Part shown: one piece after another, positions 23,838 to 29,459 of the stretch
Layout of the letters: each line of letters starts with the position of its first letter
How positions within the stretch are numbered: position 1 is the first letter of the stretch
IMG/VR virus record: IMGVR_UViG_3300043173_000402
Coordinates: 1-29,459 of that record
Length of the DNA: 29,459 nt
Source: a virus
Lineage: Duplodnaviria > Caudoviricetes
Strand: one strand, 5' to 3'
Made by a program: the position numbers and the translations under genes
Notes under the pieces: generated by a model
Told to the model about the DNA's origin: nothing
The model's input: the letters and a program-made list of their open reading frames with translations, nothing else
Database searches by the model: none

Positions 23838-26174
23838 CTACGTGAGTTGTGGTGTGGTCGTTTCCAGCGCCAGCGCAGCCGGGTCGCCGACGCCCGCGCC
23901 ACCGGACTGCGCGTTACCGATTCGGATCGCTCCCAGGATCTCAGCCAGCAGCGCTTCTGACGTCCCGAACGCGGCCTCCAGGGACTTGCCAACCTGGAAG
24001 ATAGGGATACTGGTCGGGCCTGCGATCACACCACGCGTCGCCGCGGCCGTGCTCTGTGTCGCCGCCGAGCGGATCAGGTCGTTCGAGATGCTTGTGGACG
24101 TCTCACGAAGCGCACCCCCGAGGATCGACAGGCCAGCGCCGAGCCCGGCCGTGATCGCGCTGCCGACCTGGATGCCCTTGCCGTCCTTCCCGCCGCCCAG
24201 GAAGTCGCCGATCTTGTCGAATGAGTTGTCGCCCTCGATGCTCTCGCTGCCGTCCTTGCCACGTGTGCCGAAGCTGGAGAACAGGCCAGCCAGGGCTCCC
24301 CCGCCGACGCCGCCCTCCCCGCCCTTGAAGATCCCGTCCAGCGCACTACTGAGCGCGTCCTCCATGAGGCTCGCGCCGATGTCGGCCATGATGGCCATCG
24401 CATCGACGCCCTCGCCTGTGATGGCCTGACGAAGCGCTGAGCCGATACCCGACTGGAGCTGGCTGGAGAACGTGTCGCCGAAGTTTTGGACTACCTCCGT
24501 CGCGCCCTCGAGACCAGCCGTGGCGTTGTCCTTCACGCTCTCCAGCGCGTCGTTCACACGCTCCAGTCCACCGCCTGCGTCGAGCGCAGCGTCAGCGGCT
24601 GCACGGATCTCCTCCGCAAGATCGGGCGCGATCAGGACTGCCTGTTCGAGCAGCGTCGTGATCTCGGCCTGGAGCGTCTTCTGGCGCTCGGTCTCCGCGA
24701 CGAGCTGTGTCTTGAGTCGCGTCTCCTCTGCGGCGATCAGGGCGAGCGCCTCTGACCCCGAACTGAAGTCGTTCGTGGCTACAACCAGGTCCAGGATCTT
24801 CAGGCGCTGCTGCTCCAGTCGCAGGAGCGCGGCGTCCAGGGGCTCGATCCGTCCGGCCTCCTTGATCACCAGCGACTGTGTGAGCGCGTTGATCTTGTCG
24901 AGCGCGCTTGCCTGAGCCTTCAGCGCCTCTGGGGACGGGCCAAGGTCTACGCCGGCCCCGGACAGGTCAACGTCTGTCGACGTATCCTCGGGGCGCAGGC
25001 TGAAGTCGGTCTGGTCGATCGCGGCGTTGAGCTCGCCAAGTGTGCCAACGATGACGTCCAGCGTGCCCTTGAGGTTCTCGGTGTCTGTGCGCGCCTCGCG
25101 CGAGCCGGTCGCCATCCGGTCGATCGACTCTTTGAAGCCATCCACACGCTCCTGGAATCCTGCCAGGCTCTCGTCGCTGAGGAGGAAGATTTTGTTGAGA
25201 CCCTTGGCACCAGCGAGGTCGATATTGGCGAGCTGCAGCCTGAACTCCACGAACGCGCCGACGGCGTCTCGCAGGAAGTCAGCCAGGTCCGCGATCGTGG
25301 CGACGGCCGTGAGCCCGGCCAGGATGAAGCCTGTAAAGGCCCTGGTCGCGCCCTTGATCCCGTCTGCGGCCAGGTCCTCGAAGGCTTCCGCGTTCTCCTC
25401 CACACGTGTCTTCAGCGACGTCAGGAACGGGATGAAGACCTGACGTGCGGCGTTGATCACGGCGGGTGCGAGCGCGTCGCCGATCTCGACCTGGAGCACG
25501 CTGGCTGCGTCGCCGACGTTCGAGAGCGAGCCAGCGAGTGTGTTCGACAGGTTCTCGGCCGCGTTGCCGAACGTCCCGCCTGCGCCAAAGATTTCCTGGA
25601 AGGCGTTCTCCATCTCGTCGGCGCTGAGCTTCGTCGCGTCCGGGATGCCCTGGATCGACTCGATCAGGGCGCGCACACCCTTGTCACGGAACAGGTCCGC
25701 TGCGCCGATGCCGGCGTTGAGCGCGCGTGCAAGGTTGCTCGCGCTCTCTTGGAACGAGAGGCCCGTGACGGCTGCCAGGTTGGCCGCGGTCTGTGTGAGC
25801 TCCTCGAGCTTCTCACGATTGCCCAGGGCCGCCGCTGCGAGGGTCGTGGCGCCGCTGACGATCTGGTCCACGCTGAACGGGGTCTTCGCGCTCAGCTGCA
25901 CGAAGTTGTCGAGGGCCTTGTTCGCTTCCTTCTGCGAGCCCAGCAGCGCGCGGAGTGTGACGCCGTAGCTCTCGAACGCGGCGGACGCCTTCACAGCGTC
26001 GCTCGCGATATTGATCAGACCCTTGAACGCGGCGAGACCCAGGAGGGCCGTGACGAGTACGCCGACAGCCTTGGCAGCCTTGTTCGAGCTTCGCCCGACG
26101 CTCTTGATCGCCTTCGAGGTGCCCTTGGCACCCTTCTCCTTGATGACGATCTCGACGTTGACTCGTTCGGTCAC
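23838..26174 (-). CDS. Tail tape measure protein
   Basis: 778 aa, Ala/Leu-rich helical; LLGSQKEANKAL..F..LSAKTPFSVDQI and TLAGSLSNVGDA tape-measure motifs. Confidence 0.92.
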   Translation of the reverse strand: MTERVNVEIVIKEKGAKGTSKAIKSVGRSSNKAAKAVGVLVTALLGLAAFKGLINIASDAVKASAAFESYGVTLRALLGSQKEANKALDNFVQLSAKTPFSVDQIVSGATTLAAAALGNREKLEELTQTAANLAAVTGLSFQESASNLARALNAGIGAADLFRDKGVRALIESIQGIPDATKLSADEMENAFQEIFGAGGTFGNAAENLSNTLAGSLSNVGDAASVLQVEIGDALAPAVINAARQVFIPFLTSLKTRVEENAEAFEDLAADGIKGATRAFTGFILAGLTAVATIADLADFLRDAVGAFVEFRLQLANIDLAGAKGLNKIFLLSDESLAGFQERVDGFKESIDRMATGSREARTDTENLKGTLDVIVGTLGELNAAIDQTDFSLRPEDTSTDVDLSGAGVDLGPSPEALKAQASALDKINALTQSLVIKEAGRIEPLDAALLRLEQQRLKILDLVVATNDFSSGSEALALIAAEETRLKTQLVAETERQKTLQAEITTLLEQAVLIAPDLAEEIRAAADAALDAGGGLERVNDALESVKDNATAGLEGATEVVQNFGDTFSSQLQSGIGSALRQAITGEGVDAMAIMADIGASLMEDALSSALDGIFKGGEGGVGGGALAGLFSSFGTRGKDGSESIEGDNSFDKIGDFLGGGKDGKGIQVGSAITAGLGAGLSILGGALRETSTSISNDLIRSAATQSTAAATRGVIAGPTSIPIFQVGKSLEAAFGTSEALLAEILGAIRIGNAQSGGAGVGDPAALALETTTPQLT

Positions 26175-26587
26175 AGGATGTCCCCGGAGTTGCGAGCGAA
26201 GCCGCGCGCCAGCCCGACACGTGCGGCCGTCTGAACGTAGCCCGCTGGCGCCTGCGGCGAGCTTCCTTCGGCCAGCCTACCGATGTACGGGGCTCGATTC
26301 ACGAGGTAGAAGATGTCACCTGGCTGCCAGCGTAGGCCCACGACCACGATCCTGGACTTGGTCGCCGCGCCGGTCGGGTCCAGGAACGACACAGCGGACG
26401 ACGAAGGTGCGTTCAGGGACGGTCGCCAGTTCGCTCGTGCGAAGCCTGTGACGACGGGCGTCCTGTCGACGACCTCGTTGCCGATCTCCTCGATGATGCT
26501 GGCCGTGAGCGCTGCGACCCCTCTGTTCAGACGCTTGCTGATGCCGTTGAGGCGACGCTCAAGAGCCGCCGGGGGAATCGTCGCCAT
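26171..26587 (-). CDS. HK97 gp10-like tail completion/neck protein
   Basis: VVDRTPVVTGFARANW...YLVNRAPYIGRLAEGSSPQAPAGYV. Confidence 0.85.
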   Translation of the reverse strand: MATIPPAALERRLNGISKRLNRGVAALTASIIEEIGNEVVDRTPVVTGFARANWRPSLNAPSSSAVSFLDPTGAATKSRIVVVGLRWQPGDIFYLVNRAPYIGRLAEGSSPQAPAGYVQTAARVGLARGFARNSGDIL

Positions 26588-26939
26588 CGCCGACCTCCAC
26601 GGGCAGATCCCAGTTGCGACGTACCTCGCACGCACGTCTCAGCTCATCGAAGTGGTCCGGGTGCTTGAGGAAGAACGCCAACCAGTCGCGTCCCTTGAAC
26701 TTCTCGTAGCCCGGTGTGCGTGATCTCGCGATCACACCCTCGGCGTAGGCTTGTGCCATCACACGCGTCGCCGTCTCGTCCGAGACCTTGCCCGCGTCGA
26801 TCGCGAGCTGGTACGGCGCGACGAACGACTTGAAGGCCGCCATGAAGATGATGTTGATGTCGACGAACGGGGGCCAGCAGTCGATCGAGACGTGTGGCTC
26901 GTCGAACGGCGCTGCGAATGTGATCGTCCGAATGTCCAT
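26559..26939 (-). CDS. Tail assembly chaperone-like protein
   Basis: APYQLAIDAG...MAQAYAEGVI...HPDHFDEL...NW pattern seen in siphovirus chaperones; TGATG coupling. Confidence 0.55.
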   Translation of the reverse strand: MDIRTITFAAPFDEPHVSIDCWPPFVDINIIFMAAFKSFVAPYQLAIDAGKVSDETATRVMAQAYAEGVIARSRTPGYEKFKGRDWLAFFLKHPDHFDELRRACEVRRNWDLPVEVGDGDDSPGGS

Positions 26940-27415
26940 CAGTTCAGAAGCCCCGCGTCCATCCCGGACTTGATCCGAGAGCGCAGCACACCCATGTCGG
27001 GGGAGTCCCCTGGCGCAGCCCCGCTCGCGGTTCCGTCTTCGCTGAACGGGCGAACGGACCTGGCGTACTTGGAGAGCGCTCGGGACTTCTTGCCTGCTAG
27101 CACTTCTGAGATCGCTGCTGCTGTCCCGTAAGCCGCCATGATGTTCTCCTCGCCGAGGGCGGATCGCTCGATCCGAAGGTAGGCCGTGAACTGTGTGTAC
27201 GTCAGTTCATGACGGAGGGCCTGTGGTCCTGTACCCCAACGTCTGGCGAGGAAGGAGAGCCCGGAGGCGACGAGGTCTCCGAGGTCTTCGATGCGTCGGT
27301 CGACGACGGGTGGTCGCTGCTGTCGTCGGACGTCGGCGAGGTAGGCGAGTGGGCGACGTTTCTTCGCTGGAGGTGCTGGAGGATGAGTGGTCCCGCCAGC
27401 TGCATCGCTTTTCCC
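26939..27415 (-). CDS. gpT-like portion of the G-T tail chaperone, reached by -1 frameshift
   Basis: -1 frame from GGGAAAA reads GKSDAAGG...FLARRWG..P..L...LTYTQF..Y, typical of gpT. Confidence 0.7.
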   Translation of the reverse strand, partial: GKSDAAGGTTHPPAPPAKKRRPLAYLADVRRQQRPPVVDRRIEDLGDLVASGLSFLARRWGTGPQALRHELTYTQFTAYLRIERSALGEENIMAAYGTAAAISEVLAGKKSRALSKYARSVRPFSEDGTASGAAPGDSPDMGVLRSRIKSGMDAGLLN

Positions 27416-27777
27416 AGCACACCGCCACCGCCGGGACGTATGATCGACGTCGTCCAGATCGCTTGTGCGAGCCCGAACAGGTCTTCGCCCCAGAGCGCTC
27501 CCCACTCGATCTCGCGCTCTGCCAGCTCGGCGCGACACGTGTGCTGGCAGATCGTCCCGACCTCCTTGTGGAAGCGCGTGACCATCTCGCCGATCGAGAA
27601 CACTTCGGGCTTCTCGGTCCACGCCGTGTACTGGTCGATTAGCCCCGAGACGAGCGGCAGGCACTCGTCCTGGATCGCCATCGTCCAGGGACGGACTGTG
27701 ATCGTCTTCGTGGCCCCCATGACCGGCACGTCGATCACCAGCGGGGCAGCGATCGTGGGCTTGAACGCGCTGCTCAT
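27202..27777 (-). CDS. Tail assembly chaperone gpG-like
   Basis: Immediately after the major tail gene; ITVRPW; contains an in-frame slippery site; low-complexity tail after the site. Confidence 0.75.
   Translation of the reverse strand: MSSAFKPTIAAPLVIDVPVMGATKTITVRPWTMAIQDECLPLVSGLIDQYTAWTEKPEVFSIGEMVTRFHKEVGTICQHTCRAELAEREIEWGALWGEDLFGLAQAIWTTSIIRPGGGGVLGKAMQLAGPLILQHLQRRNVAHSPTSPTSDDSSDHPSSTDASKTSETSSPPGSPSSPDVGVQDHRPSVMN
27409..27415 (-). other. Programmed -1 ribosomal frameshift heptamer G GGA AAA
   Basis: X XXY YYZ in the correct frame (CTG GGA AAA GCG); analogous to lambda GGGAAAG. Confidence 0.8.
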
Positions 27778-27790
27778 TGATCACCCCTCG

Positions 27791-28930
27791 TTACGAGCCA
27801 GCCTGGACCTCGTCCGCGAGCGTCATGATGCCGAAGCGATCCGTGCCGCCAGCGTCGTTGATGTTCATGACCAGGGTGCCGATCCCGAAGTCGTCCGAGC
27901 CGAACGTCAGCGCGTTGTCGTCGATTCGGATCGAGACGCTGGGGATGTTCCAGATGAAGTTGATGCCGATGTCGGGCAGGTGCTTGATGACGGCCGAGCC
28001 GGAGAACGACCCGCCGCCCTGTGTGAAGGGCTGGAGCGTGTTGCTCGCCTTCTGGTTGAACTCGTAGTCCAGCAGGACGGGCTGGCCCTGGCGAAGCGGC
28101 GACGTCGCATCCGGTGCCGCGAACGTGTCGAGGTTCGGGAAACGGATTCGACCCAGGAGCGGGTCGAGCAGCATGTCCGGGTCCGCGGCGTCGAAGTCCT
28201 CCTCCAGGTTGTGTGTCGGGAGGTACGTGACGTTCAGCTGATCCCCGGCGGGCATGACCTGAGTCATGTCCAGCTCACCGGAGGCCGCGATCACGCCGTC
28301 ATTGACGCCCAGCTCCGTCGCGCCAGCCGACGTGGTGTCCACGATCGAGAAGGTCCTGACCAGGACGCCAGTCGAAGTGTTCGTCTGCGTGGCCGCTGAG
28401 ACGTCGCTGAACAGCAGGGGCTTGTAGGCCAGCTTGTAGTCGCCCGGAGTATCGCCTGTGCCGTCGCCCAGGATCACTTCCGTGATCGTGTCTGACGTCA
28501 GGGTCAGCACCGCCGTCTGGTCGTCGATGTCGCCGTTGATCAGCGAGATGAACGTCCGAGCGGCGTCTGCTCCCACCGGGATGGTGATCGGTTCGTTCGG
28601 GACCGCTGCGGCAGCGTCGGCTGTGATCTCGGTCGTGCTCTCTGCGCCGAAGATGTACTGAGCGACTGTGATGTGGAAGTTGAACAGCTCGAACTGGAAG
28701 CTGGGCTTCAGGGACGAGAGCACTTCACGTGCGACCGTCACCGTGCCCGCCGAGCCATCGTTGAGCTCGAGGACGTTGACTTCCTTCTGCAGTTCCTCGC
28801 CGGACAGGATCCCGAGAGCGACGGGTGTGCCGGCCACACCACCTACGATCGGCGTGAACTCCACCTGGGAGAAGCCGAGCAGCAGGTTGTCTTTGCTGAA
28901 CGTGTCGGGTGCGCGGGTTTCGAGCGGCAT
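27791..28930 (-). CDS. Major tail (tube) protein with inserted accessory domains
   Basis: NLLLGFSQVEF N-terminus, LLDPLLGRIRF insert motif, acidic, located between terminator and chaperones; GGGGGA RBS. Confidence 0.85.
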   Translation of the reverse strand: MPLETRAPDTFSKDNLLLGFSQVEFTPIVGGVAGTPVALGILSGEELQKEVNVLELNDGSAGTVTVAREVLSSLKPSFQFELFNFHITVAQYIFGAESTTEITADAAAAVPNEPITIPVGADAARTFISLINGDIDDQTAVLTLTSDTITEVILGDGTGDTPGDYKLAYKPLLFSDVSAATQTNTSTGVLVRTFSIVDTTSAGATELGVNDGVIAASGELDMTQVMPAGDQLNVTYLPTHNLEEDFDAADPDMLLDPLLGRIRFPNLDTFAAPDATSPLRQGQPVLLDYEFNQKASNTLQPFTQGGGSFSGSAVIKHLPDIGINFIWNIPSVSIRIDDNALTFGSDDFGIGTLVMNINDAGGTDRFGIMTLADEVQAGS

Positions 28931-28948
28931 TTCAATCCCCCCAGGATC

Positions 28949-29398
28949 TCACGTCACGGTGGACGGTCGATCGGTGAAGTATAGCCAGTTGGCTGTTAGC
29001 GACACCTGATGCCAGGCGCCGTCGTGGCCGAGGTCCAGAGGCGATCCGATCTCTGTGAAGATCGCGTTCGCCAGTTTGTACGCTTCCAGGAAGTGGCCCA
29101 CAGCATCCAGCAGAGCGTAGGCGGGGTCAACTCCTGTGTGCAGGCGCGTGCTGGCCGTGAAGACGATCCGGCCGACTCGCGAGAAGTGGTTGCGCTCGAC
29201 GGAGTGGCTGTAGCGCGTCTGGCCATCGGACCCGCCGTGGCCCGTGATCGTCCACTCGATGAACGCGTCATCGACGGCCGGGACCTTCTCGCGATCGAAC
29301 ACACGGTTGGGCGAAGCGATCTGGGAGCGTCCAGCCCAGAACGTCCCGAAGCCGTTCATGATCTCGTCCTGGAATGCTGTCGGTGTGATGTCGGGCAT
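28949..29398 (-). CDS. Tail terminator-like protein
   Basis: 149 aa directly before the major tail gene; PNRVF...FIEW...G.I.F...G..WHQVSL...W pattern. Confidence 0.7.
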   Translation of the reverse strand: MPDITPTAFQDEIMNGFGTFWAGRSQIASPNRVFDREKVPAVDDAFIEWTITGHGGSDGQTRYSHSVERNHFSRVGRIVFTASTRLHTGVDPAYALLDAVGHFLEAYKLANAIFTEIGSPLDLGHDGAWHQVSLTANWLYFTDRPSTVT

Positions 29399-29459
29399 CA
29401 GAGGGTCACCATCACGAAGTAGAGCAGGAGCGTGTCGCCGGGCTGTACGGGCTTGACGC
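29398..29459 (-). CDS. 3' end of a head-tail joining/closure gene (partial)
   Basis: ...VKPVQPGDTLLLYFVMVTL*, with TGATG overlap into the terminator. Confidence 0.5.
   Translation of the reverse strand, partial: VKPVQPGDTLLLYFVMVTL

Larger units (their letters stand above)
1..29459. mobile_element. Tailed bacteriophage/prophage genome segment (siphovirus-like tail module, lysis, recombination, replication, DNA modification)
   Basis: Contiguous tail terminator-major tail-chaperone-tape measure-minor tail-lysis genes, YqaJ/RecT, dense ATGA/TGATG gene overlaps, no sheath gene next to the tail tube, no host housekeeping genes. Confidence 0.95.

Noticed and set aside
26939-27784. 281-aa ORF as an independent gene from ATG 27784
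   Set aside because: Its N-terminal half is off-frame sequence over gpG; only the part after the slippery site looks like protein.
13291-28399. Long plus-strand ORFs (e.g. 13291-14175, 16112-17749, 17746-18609, 23479-24429, 27209-28399)
   Set aside because: Stop-poor antisense frames expected at high GC; no motifs; they lie opposite a tightly coupled minus-strand operon.
1-29459. Stop-codon reassignment suggested by the possible UCA anticodon
   Set aside because: Genes are intact under the standard bacterial code, and TGA, TAG and TAA all end genes at sensible boundaries, often overlapping the next start.
1-29459. CRISPR array, diversity-generating retroelement, integrase or intron
   Set aside because: No regularly spaced repeats, reverse transcriptase, template/variable repeat pair, recombinase motif or interrupted gene was seen by eye.

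Overview
High-GC segment of a tailed phage or prophage genome, most likely a siphovirus. The spanin pair and an outer-membrane beta-barrel point to a diderm (Gram-negative) host. No integrase, terminase or capsid gene lies inside the window. Right part (11.9-29.5 kb, minus strand): tail terminator, major tail protein, G/GT tail chaperones with a GGGAAAA -1 frameshift site, tape measure, minor tail/LamG/tail-fibre genes, an outer-membrane beta-barrel, M15 endolysin, holin, overlapping spanins and a stand-alone CRP-type HTH. Middle (7.6-11.8 kb, plus strand): YqaJ-RecT recombination genes, an IS66 TnpA/TnpB-like gene pair bracketed by two RNA hairpins, and a DUF2303 pair. Left (1-7.4 kb, mostly minus strand): replication initiator and loader, DUF1064-like nuclease, ParB-like protein, C5-cytosine methyltransferase, CmoA-like protein, Cro/CI-like HTH, a shortened tRNA-like element, and an AAA+ ATPase absent from the ORF track. 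The strongest signal is a translationally coupled C5-MTase / CmoA-like module in which the MTase has Arg in place of the conserved motif-X Asn, predicting DNA 5-carboxymethylcytosine made from carboxy-SAM. All family calls come from motif recognition by eye; no searches were run.
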